DNA from: Nageia nagi
Taxonomy: Eukaryota > Plantae > Pinophyta
NCBI GenBank assembly: GCA_050084985.1
Contig: JBITNC010000001.1
Span: 76,322,001 to 76,386,000 of the forward strand
DNA: 64,000 nucleotides
Reading direction: 5' to 3'
The position numbers were made by a program, and so were the translations under genes. The notes beneath the pieces are model-generated. The model saw only the letters and a list, made by a program, of their open reading frames with translations. It did not search any database and was not told the DNA's origin. Positions 39,301-53,657 of the stretch are shown in pieces (position 1 is the stretch's first letter; the number at the start of each line of letters is the position of its first letter).

Positions 39301-42090
39301 CTTTACTCTCTTTTGAAAGGGTATTCAACTTTAAAGATGTTCAAAAAGCTAAAACATTGGCTATTCAAAAAGAGGGTATTATTGAACTGGAAGTAGAACC
39401 TAGGAAATATATAAAGGTTGGATTAGATTGTTCTAAAGAAGAGAAAAGGATCATTTTTCAAATTTATCATTAGTTTCCAAATCCAATTTCTTGGAATTAT
39501 GATGATCTAAAAACATATGATAAAAATATGATCCAACACACAATTGATCATGAGCCAAAGGTAAAACCATAGGTAAAAGCAAAGGTCAGTCAACCTAAAA
39601 ATAGAAGAAGCCATGTATCAAGAGTTAAATAAACTACTAGATTCTAAAATTATCTATCCTATCAAGCATTCTTCTTGGATTTCTAATCTTGTCCTAGTAA
39701 GGAAAAGAGTGGAAAAATTAGGTTTTGTAGACTTTAGAAATTTGAATCAAGTGTCTCTCAAGGATAACTATCCCCTCCCTCCCATGGAGCAAATCTTGCA
39801 TAGAGTAGCTAGAGTATAATATTTTTCTATGATTGATGGCTACTCTAGATTCAACCAAATTTGGGTAAAGGATGAGAATCAATTCAAAAATACATTCACA
39901 ACCAAATGGGGGACATTTGCATTTCAGAGAATACCTTTCAATCTCTCAAATATTCAGGCTACATTTCAAATATCCATGGGCCATACTTTTGGTGATCTAA
40001 TAAATAAGATTATTCTTATCTACCTAGATGGCATTAATGTGTTTTTCAAAATTAGAGAAAATCATTTGCATCATCTTAGGAAATTTTAAAAAATCTATAA
40101 AATTTAGTATTTTAATTAATTCCAAAAAGTCTATTTTTTATGGTAAACCAAGGAAAAATGTTTGGTTATATTATCTCAAACAAAGGATTGGTAATTGATT
40201 CAAACAAAATGAAAGCTATTGAAGCATTGCCTTTACCTTTAAACAAGAAGGCTCTATAATCTTTCTTTGGTCAAATCAATTTTGTTAGGAAAATTATTAA
40301 TGATTTTTCAAAAATAGTTTCTCTAATCATAACAATGTTATAGAAAGATGCTATATTCTCTTAGTAAGAGAAAGCAAACCAAACTTTTTAGGATATTAAA
40401 AAGGCCATAACAGAAGTTCATATTTTGAAGAATCCTAATTTTTAAAATATTTTATTATGTATGCATATGGAGTAGAAAAAAGTGCTACTATTATTCTAGC
40501 ACAAAAGGATGAGCATAAGGAAGAACATCCCATTGTTTTTCATAGCCAAACACTGCAAGATCATCAAGGAAGGTATTCATTTTGAAAAGCAAGTATTTTT
40601 CATAATGAAAGGACTTAATAAGTCTAAGAATTATATGTAGATTCTTGTATATACTATTCATCTTGATGTAAGAAATTATGTCATTCAAAGAGAATGGATG
40701 AAGGGAAAGCTAGTTGGATTACAAAAGTAATGGAATATGATATAGAAACTAATCTAACTAATATTATTAGGGGCAAGGCTCTCTATGAAAATATGACAGG
40801 GGTTTCACATATGATTATTATCATAGAGGATGAAGAGCATATTAATCAAGAAAGTGATTGGATAAAATGATATATCTTTTATTTTAGAACTAGTAAATGT
40901 TCCAAATTTCTAGATAGATTTCAAAGAAGGAGATTCAAATTGCAAGAATTAAAGTTTGTGATGATAAATGCTCATCTTTATAGGAATAATTTTTATCAAA
41001 CCTCATTAAGATGTGTAACTCATGATGAAACCCAAAGATTTTTGTATGAATTTCATTATGGATTCTAGAGGACACTACAGTAGTCCAACTACTACAACAA
41101 AAATATTGCAAGCCAAGTACTATTCGCCTACCATATTTTAGGATTCATTCAAGATAGCCTAGGAATGTGATAAATGTAGTAGATATGTGGGAAAAAGAAG
41201 ACAACCTACAATGACTCTTATGCTTGTGGTTGTTGAAGAGCCTTTCCAATAATGGGCTCTTGACTTCATTGGGATTATAAATTCAAATTCCTCAATGGAC
41301 CATAAGTTTATTTTGATTGCAATGGATCATTTCACAAGATGGTTAGAAACCATACCATATAAGGATCTAGATCAGGAGGTAATGATAGAGATGATCAAAA
41401 GAATAATTACTCACTTTGGTATCAAACAATGGTGTTACATTCATGGGAGCCAATTTATCGGACTTTGTTGCTGAGTATGGGATCTACTAGTTATTCTTTT
41501 CAAATTACTACCTAGAAGGAAATTGGTTAGCAAAATCAACAAATAAGAACATAACCCAGATTATCAAAAGGATAATTGGATGGAATCCTAGACAATAGCA
41601 TACATAACTAGACTATGCATTATGGGAAAATAGAATCAGTATCAAATTAGCTATCAAAACATCCCCTTTTGCATTAGTGTATGGTAAAAGACCTATATTG
41701 CCAATTCATATTGAGTTACTTCCATTGAAAATACTGCAAGGGTTGGAAGATTAGATTTTAAGCCATTACAAGTGAGATTCAATTAGCTTATGAAATAGGA
41801 ATAAAATAGAAATAGAGCATATGAGTCTTTCTAGCATTGACAAAAGATAGGTAAGAAGTGGTTTGATAAGAAAAAGTCTTCATAGGTTAAGTTTGAAACT
41901 TGAGACATTATCCTCAAATGGGATGAGTAAAGAGCGAAACTTGGGAAACATCAAAAGTTTGTTTCCTTATGGAGTAAGCCCTATATCATCACTCAAGTAA
42001 TGCAAAATAATGCATTCAAACTTCAAGATATCATCAGATCCTTGTAGCTACCTATCCCAATAAATGGGATCTATTTAAAACATTACTAGG
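36303..42090 (+). pseudogene. gag-PR-aRH-RT-RH-INT of D (decayed)
   Basis: Gag ORF 36303-36812, CMIDT protease ~38145, and aRH motifs NNVV*YEALCLGL / VHGDYQLII / SIPRRYN*VVDALA at ~38817-39062. RT motifs SSWISNLVLV, DNYPLP, MIDGYSRFNQI and IYLDGI. Integrase WALDFIG ~41253. Confidence 0.9.
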
Positions 42091-42639
42091 TGATTACATA
42101 ACACCTACCAATGATTGTACAATGTATATAATGCTATCTTCTTTAAAAAGAAAACTTTAATGCTTGTACATTCTAATTTATGTAGGATTCACTTCCCAAG
42201 GAGATAGGTAGTCATTAAGTCACCATCAACTAAGCATGGTATGGAACTAAGCTTATCTAATGCAAATAATTCAATTAAAAAGATAATATTTAAGAAGGTG
42301 ATCTCCTTAAAAAACCCACCAATCATGCCCTATCTCCTAATTTAAGTTTAGCACGCTTGAAATCAATGTATTCTCTCTTCTCATCCATGACACCATACTT
42401 CATGCATACCCCAACATTCCTTGGTCATCAATTACCATTAATAGACCTCAATTTTAAACCTTTGGAAAATAAAATATACTCCCCAACCCTTTATTTCTTC
42501 ACTTAGCAACATTTAGATCATAAGTTTCTTAGAGAACTAAAGTAGAGAACCTACAAAAAAGATAACATGAAGAGAAGGATAGTTTTAGAGTTTGATCTTG
42601 TAAGGTTTCATATTTTTGATGTTTAACCATGCTACAAAG

Positions 42640-45600
42640 AAGATAGTAGACACAATGATAGCTACCAAAGAGCCATCAATAAGTGACCAAGAGAAGGTGG
42701 ATATGGACCTTATCATAATTCAAGAAGAATATTTGGAGAATGCTCTTAGTGACAACTAGATGGAGATGGGGGATCGAGGTAATAAACCATATGGATACTT
42801 GGCATGTTGATCCCATGAGGATCCTATTACAACACCTGAATCTCAAGGTCATGGAAAAGGCAAATCATTGGTCGAATCAAAGAGGGATGGTATGATTGAC
42901 TAGGGCCTTGATTATGTGCCCTATGAATCTTTCACCTACCCTAAGTTATTGTATGTCATCACAATCAAACATAACCCAAAGGGTTATGAAATTAAAACCT
43001 ATAAGGAGTAGCAAATAGGGGTTTCTAAGTCTACATACTAGTCTTATATTCTTTTATACTATTCACCTAAGGGTATTGTGCATGCATTTGTAGTCCCTCC
43101 TGACAAGAACTTCCACATTAAAAAGAAAATAGACCTTAAGTGTGAGAAAGTTGACTTTTATCAAAATGAAGTAGAAATGTTAGACTAGATTGACAAAAGG
43201 TATGATGGAAGGAACATAAAGCTTCTACAAAGCTATAACATTGCTTCCTTATAGAAGTCTTAAGATAGAAAGGTCCTACAAGCAATAGAGGTCATTCTTG
43301 GTAAGAAGACCCAAATAGAGGAAGATGAGCCCATGATGAGAATGGCCTACAATATTATAGAGGTTGATGTCTGTTATGATTTTCTTGCCTTCATTTAAAA
43401 TAATGTAAGGAAAAATCTCTTTAAAATAGAAAAATCAAACTTCCAACACATCCTATTTGTGGTGGCTCATAGTCCACCAAAATTTGAAGGTCCTAGTGGA
43501 AGGAGGACTTCAGGTCAAAGCAGTGATCCTAACTAAAACACCCATGCCAATGGAATTGAGATTACTATTTCTAACAAAACTTGATGGCTCATACTATGAG
43601 TTCATAGACAAATTTTATACCCTAGTTGTGCAGATTCTAACAAGGAAGGTTGCTTGCAGATTGTGCTAGTAAGCCATGCTAGAGGTAACAAAATAGGTGA
43701 TTGGTACTTCTTAAAGGATAAAACAATTATAATAACATATGAGTATTTTGAAAACCCATTTTTCTTATCAAAATTTATTATCCCCCAATTGTATTCTATA
43801 GAAATGGAAAGATAGATGAGTTCCATAGAGACAAAATATGGGTTTGATGGTAGTTTCAAGTCTATTATAGATATGTCGACCATTACTAAAAATTTTACAT
43901 TGTTATAAATAGGGTGTAAAGATACTATAAATGATTTTATTGTACAAAATTTCAAGTTAGAAATGGCATATTCCCCTTGGTTGTATGACCCATCAAGATA
44001 AGTTACAAAAATTATAAAGTTCAATAGAAAGCATCCAACTTTTTCCCATGAGCATTGGCCCCATGTTCAATATTTTTTGAATTAATCTGAATAGGAAGCT
44101 GAGGTGTCCCATGAGTGGGAATTTGGAATTTTGAATAAGGTATAGTTAACCCTTTAAGGGTATCAAAAAATATAGAAATTAGAAAGATAGACTTTAAGAG
44201 TTTGCCTTGAACCTAGAAGTTATAACCCAGTTAAGGGATGAGTTAGGTTGGGGTACAAATAAGATTGATTATTTTACAAAATTTAGATTTGAATATACCA
44301 TTAAGATACACCACATTGAAAAATAACACTTTAGCAAATTCCAATACGATAAGTATTGGGAAGATTAGTATATGCAAGACCCGTTATCAAAAATAGGGCA
44401 ACCATTCCCTACCAACTTTCAAGGAATATCAACAGGAAATAATCAACCAAAGGCTCCACTACAAAAAGGGCTAACAAATAAGAGAGAAGCAAGTGAACCA
44501 TTTGGTTCATGATAACTACTGAAAAACAAAAAAGAAGATAACTGAAGTTGAAATAGTTGTTGCTTCTTAGGATTCCTCTCCAAAGAAGAGAAGAAGAATC
44601 TAAAATTTATTATAGGCTCAACCACAACAAGCCCCAAAGAAGGAAAAGATACCCAAAAAGAAACCCCAAACCTCATAGGCATGGGTAACCAGGAGTACAC
44701 AAACTTTGTCTCCTTAAATAGGTCATGAAATTCTAGAATCAATCATGAGAGAAATAAAGATGTTAAGTGCCAGAGACACTCAAAAGCCCCAAAGCACAAA
44801 CATTGTTATCTACCAAAGATGCATAGAAAGAAATAGAGGATGAAGTGCAGTAAGGACAAGGCAATATACTAGGCATATGTGGTACTATAATAGATAGAGG
44901 TGAAGTACGTGGAGATGGAGATGATGATGATGATAAAGATCCCAAGAAGATGAAGGACTCCAACCTAGAGGATAAGACACCTAAGAAGAAGAATCCTTCT
45001 AAAGAGGAGGAAGAGGAAGATATACAAATAACCTCCTCTATAAATAAGACATTATAAGAGATTGCACAAGACATACTAACATCCACTTCAATGGTAGGTG
45101 CACCCCCACATTCTTTGATTCCTTTTTCCATAACCTAGCAATAGGAAATAAAAAGTATATTTTCCACTCAGATTGTAAAGCCCATTAACTAGGAAATATT
45201 TGTGAATATACCCCTTATGCTTTGAGAGCAATAATGAATACTTTAGAGCAAAGTGACATAAATATGGGATATTAAAATTGCCCAAATGCCTTTCAAAGAA
45301 GGGCAACTAAATACTACCCCAACAGTTGTGGTAAATGTAAGTATGCAAAGTACTTCAACTATAAATCAATATAGAATTCTTGTAAATATTTCCATGATGG
45401 CTAGCAAAAGCCTCCAATCCATGGAAAATAAGATTGATAGGTTAAATAAAAAAATAGATCAATACAAAAAGACTACTCCCTAATGGATAAAATAATAATT
45501 GGGTTGTAGAATCTGAATAAAGACTTAATAGGGAAGCTAGATAAGCAAAAATTAAAGTTTGAAAAAAGCCTAGCATAAGGTAATTCTAAGTTGGAAAATA

Positions 45601-46470
45601 TAAAGAAACAAATGGAAGAATTGAAAGCTCAAGCCACTATTATTGGTAATCAAAAATCCCCATAGATTGAGAGGAGTTGAATAAGTAAGTTGCAGTAAAT
45701 AAAGTACTTGATGATGATAAGATAAAGTTGCTACAAATTGTTAAAAACTTCAAAAAATCCTTAGTTGAGAAAATAGGAGAAAGAATGGTGAGTTTTTTAT
45801 ATCTACATTTGTTGAAAAATCAAATAAAACAAGCTCTCCAATAGTATATCACCTAAGCTACTCTACATAAATTGGCACTAAATATACCTGGATCAATAAT
45901 TGAAAATATGAAGATTTGGTTGAAAGCCTTAATAGAAAAGGATTTAGCTACCATCACTCCAAGGCTAAGGTAAACATTTTTTAGGAGAACTTGTGATATC
46001 TACAAATTATAGAACCTAGTGTTTAATATGAATATTCACAAACACCAACTAACGATAGAAATTGGTTTTGTTAATAAATTCATTCATTCTTTAATTGAAT
46101 TAAAGGCTCCCAAATTATGGGAATAACAAGATGTACAAGGTAGTGCTAACTTTTGGGTGGAAAATACCATACAAATTTTGGAATAATCTTAATTTTAGAA
46201 AAAAATCTCAAATTTGTAATAAATAAATGACCTAGCTCAAAAAGCAATTGCAATGTTTCTAAACATAGAAAGACTAGAGAATGTGCTAACAGGTTTCATA
46301 GCAGATACAGTTAAACTATAAACATACCCTAGTTTGTCACAAGTAGATTATCATTACTTGAAAGATTTGAATAAGAAACTCTAATCTTTGCTCCCTACAA
46401 AAGTTAATTCCAACACTTGAAACCCATACAAAAGATTCTTATGGGTAGGCAAGTGGAAGCAGTAAGTAAA
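42640..46470 (+). pseudogene. Decayed extra 3' ORF region of D (between integrase and 3' LTR)
   Basis: ~3.8 kb of purine-rich coding-like sequence with acidic tracts (DDDDKD, EEEEED at ~44915-45020) and coiled-coil-like stretches (MENKIDRLNKKIDQYK). Extra 3' ORFs are known in Tat/Ogre/Athila elements. Confidence 0.6.
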
Positions 46471-47801
46471 GGTTTGATTCTCAAGCAAGATGGGACCTTG
46501 AGAGCTACCAGAAGACATTTGTTATTTTAGAATCACACTCTGAAGATAGGGTAGCATTATGATATTCTTTATTCTTTCATTCTTTTCAAAAAAAAAATCT
46601 TAATTCCTATTTCTTGCTCCTCTTTCATGACTTTGTAAATATTAGAAGTGATCTTTCTTCTTTAAACTTAGTCAATTTTATCAAATTATGCTTAGTTTCA
46701 GTAAAGTTTGGCTACTTTCATTCATTTGGGTCCTATTAATGTAAATAGATCTTAAATAATTTGGTAACTTAACCTCTATATTGTTTAAAAGTGGGCATTA
46801 TCATGTAAAGAACTCCTACATATTGGTCATAGTTTAGTCAGGTGTATTTTGATAATTATACATAGGTTTAAGGTCATAAGGTGCTATAAATATGTCTAAG
46901 TCATGTCTATGAAGTGTTGTAATATGTTTGGGAAATATTGTAGCATGCAAGGGAAATAAATGTTTAATTCTAATCTAGGTACTGTAGTAATCTAAGTCTT
47001 TCCAAGAAATATTATAAATATGAATTTCTATTGAGTCAAAGTTAGCCAAAGTTACTAGTAGGTAATACTGTAAAGCCCATGGATTTCTAGAGAAAAAGTT
47101 CCACCATGTGCCAAAAATTATAAGGAGATATCGTAAGAAGTGCATCCTCTAAGACCTACCAATTTGAAGCAATGACATCATACCTTTTATCTAAAAAAAA
47201 TGGGTGCTAAGATAATCTTCAATGGGTACTACATAAAGAATATTTAATGAAAGATATTTTATAATATCAATAAATAGAACCCATCAATTTTAAGTGATGA
47301 TATCATACATTTTACCAAAAATCGATGGGTGTTAAAGAAAATCTCTACCATCACTAAACCTTGCCAAAAGAAAACAAAACCTACCATACTAAGAAAGGAA
47401 TAATTAGTTAAGGAGAACACCTAGGTCCACTTAATCAAGAGTGTTTGACCCTCTTAGAGCTCTATGAATGTGTTGAACATAACTCATTTTCACATGACAA
47501 TAATAGTTCATCATTGGATTCCAATGATACATTCTTCATTGCCCTCACTATTCCATGTAACCCAAAGCTATAGTAATGAAGAACACAGAGACATGTCATA
47601 CCAAACAAGCTAATGGACCATGCCTTCATAATTAGCTATAGTCATAATAGGATGTATTCAATGATAAATCAAAGTGATTGTAGTTAGGAAGTACAATAGT
47701 TTAGAGATATTAAACTCCTATACCTTGGCATCGATTATACTTAGTCATTATCCAATCTAGCATAGTTGTGATTATAATTTGTACATTTGTAAATAGTTCC
47801 T

Positions 47802-50800
47802 CATGTTCGCTAGTGCAATATGATCTTATCTTCTTTTCCAATAATACATCCTCAAGCAAAACACTCATGTGCTCAAGGGCTAAATAGTCAATAGATGGTA
47901 ACATAATCCCTACATATTTCACAACCAAAGCTAGTTCATACAAATTCAAATTCTTAATATTCACAATAGAATATATCTACATATAGTGTGGAAGGTCTAA
48001 CTAAAATGTATTTTCACTAACTTGTGGAATAACAGTGAATGGTACATACCTTATCGGTTTCAATTTTCTCCCTTTCCCATGCTTCCTTTACTTGCTAAGA
48101 TGAAGTTATACTTGATATCCATCCTGGAACTTATGATCCACTCTATGAGATCATGCCTTTCCTTATACTTATTAACTCTTCTCCAATTGTTCCTAAACCT
48201 TTTGATGAACCAACTTTATTCTCTCAACAAAACTCTTAGCTCGCTCCTCCTTATTATGAAGAACCTCATATCCATTACTAGGTAAAGCAAGAGCCATATC
48301 GAAAGGTGATTTTTAAAAAATAGCCAAAACATGTCTCAAAAGAAGATTTATTAGTTGAAGAGTGTATAGCTCAATTATATGCATGCGGTATATAACTCAA
48401 ATGTTCATGTCAAGTCCTAATATGCTTACCATAATAACCTCATAAAAGATGGATTGCTATCCTATTTACCACTTCTATCTACTCATCTATCTATGGATGA
48501 AATGTTATGATCCTTTTTAACTTAGTGTCTATCCTTTCCCACAAAGATTTCCCAAATCTCCCAAGAAACTTGGAATCCTTGTCAAAAATAATCTAATTAG
48601 GAAGACCAAAATGAATCCATACATAAGTAAAGAAAAGATTAGTTGCTTCTTGACATGTCATTGTCTCTTTACATGGAATCAAAATACACATTTTACTGAA
48701 TTGATCCATAACCACATAAAAATAATCATATCCTTTTTTGAAATAGGTAAATCTCCAACAAAATTCATGGAAATATTTTCCCAAGGTTGTGTAGTACTTG
48801 ACAATGGCATGTAGAGGCTAAACTTGTTGTTACTTGGTTTGCTAACATTGCATAACATACAACCTCTAGTATACTTGGATACATTTTCTTGTATTTTAGG
48901 CCAATAACAATATCTTTGCAAATTAGCAAGAGATTTTCCAACACCAAAATATCCTAAAATATAAGAAGTGTGAGCTTCCTTAATAAGATCATTCTTCTCA
49001 CTATTAGGAATACAAGGGTTACCTAAATGAAAAAGTAATCCTTGATGTATATGAAAGTAAATATTTCCATTTTCATTACCATGATTGAATATATGATAGA
49101 TATCTTGAAAATCATGATGAACAACATAGTATTCTTTATATCCTTCATGCATCAAAGAACTATTTTATAGGATTATACCAACTGCTACAATTGGAGGTCT
49201 AGACAACATATCAACAATCTTATTTTGTGAACCCTTTTTATACATAATCATTAAATGAAATTGTTGCAAAAATCCCATCCAATAGAAATGCTTAGATTGT
49301 TGCAATTTAGATTGTGATTTAATATATTGTAAGGGTTGATGATCTGTATGTATTATTATCTCTTTACCCACCAAATAATATTTTCACCTTTTTAACACTT
49401 TGAACTAATGCAAATAATTCTTTATCATAAGTGGGATAGTTTCTTATCACACTATTGAACATCTCTCAGTGATAACATACCATATATCTTTCCTATAACA
49501 AAACTACATCCATAGCATAATCAGTTGTATTAGTTTCTATTTTAAAGGATTATTGAATATTAGGCAAAGTAAGAACTAGAGCATTATTGATTTTTATTTT
49601 CAACAAATCAAAAGTATATTATTGTTTTTCTCCCCACTAATATCCATGATTCTTCCTTGTAATGGCATGGAGTTGAGAAGCAATAAATGAAAAATTGGTA
49701 ATAAAATTGCAAAGGTATTGCACTGCTCTAAGAAAACTCCTTGTTTCTATCACATTAATGGGCATAGGCCATATCATAACAACCTCTACCAAGGTAGTAT
49801 CTATCCTTAGTTGACCTCCACTAACAATATGATCAAGATAGATTAAACTTTTCCTGACAAAATCACACTTAGACATTTTCAAAAAGAGTTTAGCTTCCCT
49901 TAACTTCAAAAAGCTTATGAATGTACATCATATGATCATTTCAATCATTACTATAAATAAGAATATCATCCAAATACACAATAATAAAATCATTAAGAAA
50001 AGGCCTTGAAACTTTATTCATGACTCTCATGAAAGTAGAAAGTGCATTGCATAAACCAAACAGTAATACTAACCACTCAAACAATCCTTGTTTTGTTTTA
50101 AAAGCAGTTTTTCAAGCATACTCATCTTTAACCCACACTTGATGATAACCACTCCTTAAATCAAATTTTGTAAAGAGTTTATCCTTTTGCAATTGGTCCA
50201 TTAACTCATCAATGCATGGTAATGGATATCTATTCTTTACTGTTATTTTCTTAAATTCCCTACAATCCACACACCATACACTAAGATCCATCTTTCTTTG
50301 GGATTAACACAATTGAAGAACCACATGGTAATGTACTAGGCCTAATGACTCCTTAATTTGACAATTCCTTGACTTGTTTTTTAATTTCTTCACTTTCCAT
50401 GATAAAATTTCTATATAAGCCAATATTAGGAAGTGCAACATCTTGATGCATCTGAATCTCATATTGAATATCTCTTTTAGGTGGAAGTTCTTTAGGTTCT
50501 TGAAATAAATCCTCAAATTCAAAAATTACATCTTTCACCACTTCTTTGTAGCAAGGATCACATTCATCAAGAGATTTCATAATCTCCACTTAATTTTTAG
50601 ACCTCACCATTACAAGTGCAAACTTTTGTCTTGTATTAATAATCCTCTTTGCTAATAAACCTCTTTCCTTGTCTTGCAGTGATCAAAGAAATATTATTTT
50701 CCTTATTTCGATGATTATTAACCATATATTCAATCCCATCCTTAATGAGTCTATATATTCAATCCCATCCTTAATGAGTTTATATTTATTTTCCTTTCTA

Positions 50801-52120
50801 TAAAACAAAGCATCTCTATCATATAGATAAGGACTTCTTAGCACAATCTTATAAATGTCCAAAGGAATAGCATCAAGTAATACCTCATTTATGAAATCCC
50901 TATTAATTCCAAACCTCAATTTGCATTGATGAGTAACTTGTAATTTAATCATTCCATGAACCCATCCTAATAGATATGCATGTAGGCGTGGCTACGTAGT
51001 GAGTGCAAGTGTCTTAACATACTCCTTTACAATCAAGTTATCTTATGCATTAGGATCAATTAATGTATCAATTCTAGTTTTCTTAGCTTATACCTTGATA
51101 TGAAAAGCTGAATTCATTTAATTTTCTCATTATTGTTAGATGATCCTTACAAAGCCATACATGTCATTTTCTCATCTACATCAGACCCATCTTCTACTTA
51201 TTTTACAAGAGTGGTTGTTTTTTTCTTATTTTCTTTCCATTTAGATTTAGGATGTTGCTCAGTGTATAATTTCCAACACTTAGCCTATAAATATCCTTCT
51301 TTCCTACAATGATTACATTGATCTTTAGACTTTTCCTTTGGAATAGTGGAAGTAGTTTTTCCCCTTATTTTTCCCTTTCCTTTATACTTTTTAGAATTAT
51401 TACTAGAAGCATTTTTCTTATTTCCTTCTCATAAAAATTTACCCCTTTCTTCTAAGTGTGTGGCTTGTACACAAACTTCATCGAATTTAGTTGGATTGAA
51501 CATTAACAATGTATACTTCAAATAATTATGCAAACCACCTATATACTTAAGAAGATTATTTTCAATATTGAGAGGAATACCTATCATAGTAGCTCTTTTC
51601 TAGAATTACATAATGTACTCTTGCACACTTTATCCTTTGCCTTGGTAAAAACTTTGCCATTCCATAATTTCCTTTTGCCAATAGTCTAATGGATAAAATT
51701 GTTCTCATAGAAAATATGTAAAATGATCCCAAGTAGTATGGAATCCTTGAGATTCTCATTTACTAATTGAAGATGACCTTCCCGCCAAATAAGTGTTGAA
51801 CCATCCATCTTGATGGTTGCTAATTGACTTTTATCTTCATCATTATAAAATTGAATTTATTTTATCTAATAATCCAACTTTTCAGCATTTACTTGACCAT
51901 TAAGCATAGGTAAATAAAATTTAACTTCTAATTTCAAAGGAGAAATTCTTACAGGAATTTCTTGTCTCCCAGTATTGATATTATTACCTCCACTTATTTT
52001 AGCTTCATCTTTCTTAGCTTGATTTTCTTGAAAAGATTGGATTTGTAATGATATTTTTTGAAACATAGTTGTAAGATTTGAAAGTTGCACTTTAACATTG
52101 GTTCCTCCTGAATTCATGGT
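47802..52120 (-). pseudogene. gag-pol of C (decayed)
   Basis: KLEVKFYLPMLNGQVNAEKLDY (gag), QCNHCRKEG..C knuckle ~51275-51322, KIDTLID protease ~51057, VYLDDILI ~49956-49979, HTDHQPLQY (RNase H) and EAHTS..GYFGVGK..C..C / PWENISMNFVGDLP (integrase). Confidence 0.92.
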
Positions 52121-52383
52121 TGTTAGCTCTCTTTGCTTCCTTAGCCAAATTCTAGAACCAATTTCTGGATCTCCTTCCACAATATCTCCTTCTTCCTTGT
52201 TGTTCTCTAATCTACTAATCATGCAAGAACAATTTACAGCAATAACAATAACAATTTCCAAGAAAACAACGTTTCTTTGATACTAAAATATAATACAATA
52301 TTATAGAACACCCAACAATAAACTAGCAATAACAAAGATTAATTTCCAAGAAAATAACATTTCTTTGATACTAAAATATAATC

Positions 52384-53657
52384 TGTAATTAGAAGGATTA
52401 AATTTCAATTTAACTCCTTCTTGGGATCACTTCATACTTAAATTAATTAATTGCTTAAAAACTTAAAAACTATAGAAGAAAATGCATCACAAAGAGACAC
52501 GATAATTTACCCTAGTTCACCCGGTGTGGGCTACATCTAGCAACAAAATCTCTCTTCAATCAATGGATGTTGAATAATATACAATGGCCTCCATAGTACT
52601 TCATTACTTCTCCTCACAATTACATAAAATCTTAGCTCTAAAAAACTAAGAAATCTACTATCCAAACTATGTATAATTCTCTTCTCCAAACACCTCCAAC
52701 TTACCTCTTTATATAAGAAAAGAACCGACCAAGTTTGAAGTATTTTACAATGAGAAGATAACCACAAAAATAATATTTTTCAAATACCCATTATGATTCA
52801 AATTTGAACTCAAATGGTTGAACCAATATCCTAATATAGACTTATGAAGATCAAAAATCATGCTCTCTGGAAATACACAAAGTTGCAAATAAACTCAGCC
52901 TAATAATAGGCCTAAACACCACTAAAACAAATCGTACACCTTAAAATACCATACAATACATGCAAAACTATGTAATATTTTAAAAACTGGGCGGAGCAAA
53001 TGAATTGGTACCATTTTGCGGCACGCAAACAATTCAACCCCCTATTGACCAGTAGGCTGATGTCATTGGCAGGTTGGCAGCTTTACTGGTTTGATCAGGT
53101 GGTAATTTACCTGTTTGGTAGGTTTGGGTAGTGTGCATGATTGGGCTCTATGGGGGCTTCACACGATAGGGTGGTCAGAGTGGATCACCTCTGTGACCCC
53201 CGTTCTTTGTCTCCCTCGTTAGTGCACCAACGACCGGGTATAGCTCTGCGCCTTCCCCATGCCATCAGACTTGGAAACAATCCCCAAGGCAGCGTCCTCC
53301 ATGTGTGCACCTAATTTTTCACTGTTTAAGGCTCCCTTGGTGTCTCTCTACAACACATCCATGACGGCCTCCATGTTATCCCAAGTGGTGCGTCCTGGTC
53401 CCCATTTGCAATGCCACCCCTTGGGCTTACATATATAATTTTAATATTGTTTTATTTTTTTGGCATTTTTTATTTTTATTTTGTATTTTAATAAAAAAAT
53501 ATTATAGCTTCAAAACTACATATTTTCCACATACAAAGTTGAATTTTTGATCTAGAAAAAATGTCACATAGTTGGAGACAAATAGAAAATCATAAAATTG
53601 AGTAAACTGAATATCGAGATGATCCACATTTTGGATCAACTAATCCAAAATATGACC
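52384..53657 (-). repeat. 5' LTR of C (complete copy)
   Basis: Aligns to 33177-34109; minus-strand TATATAAA at ~52708-52715; adjacent to the PBS. Confidence 0.8.

Larger units (their letters stand above)
34110..47801 (+). mobile_element. Element D: Tat-lineage Ty3/Gypsy with extra RNase H between PR and RT; 3' LTR truncated
   Basis: 5' LTR ~34110-36019 and 3' LTR 46520-47801 (matches up to gtaaatagttcct = 35387-35399). PBS ttttagcatgctcgatggga at ~36021-36040 resembles the Tat/Ogre tRNA-Arg PBS TGGCACGCCCAGTGGGA. Confidence 0.88.
33177..53657 (-). mobile_element. Element C: Ty3/Gypsy (chromoviral-type) inserted in the LINE; left LTR interrupted by D and partly deleted
   Basis: LTR homology 33177-34109 vs 52384-53275. 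Candidate TSD tgatc/tgata. Minus-strand PBS-like tagtatcaaag at 52363-52373. Exact ends uncertain by a few bp. Confidence 0.85.

Noticed and set aside
50724-50779. ~29-bp tandem duplication in C pol
   Set aside because: An ordinary post-insertion slippage that causes a frameshift.
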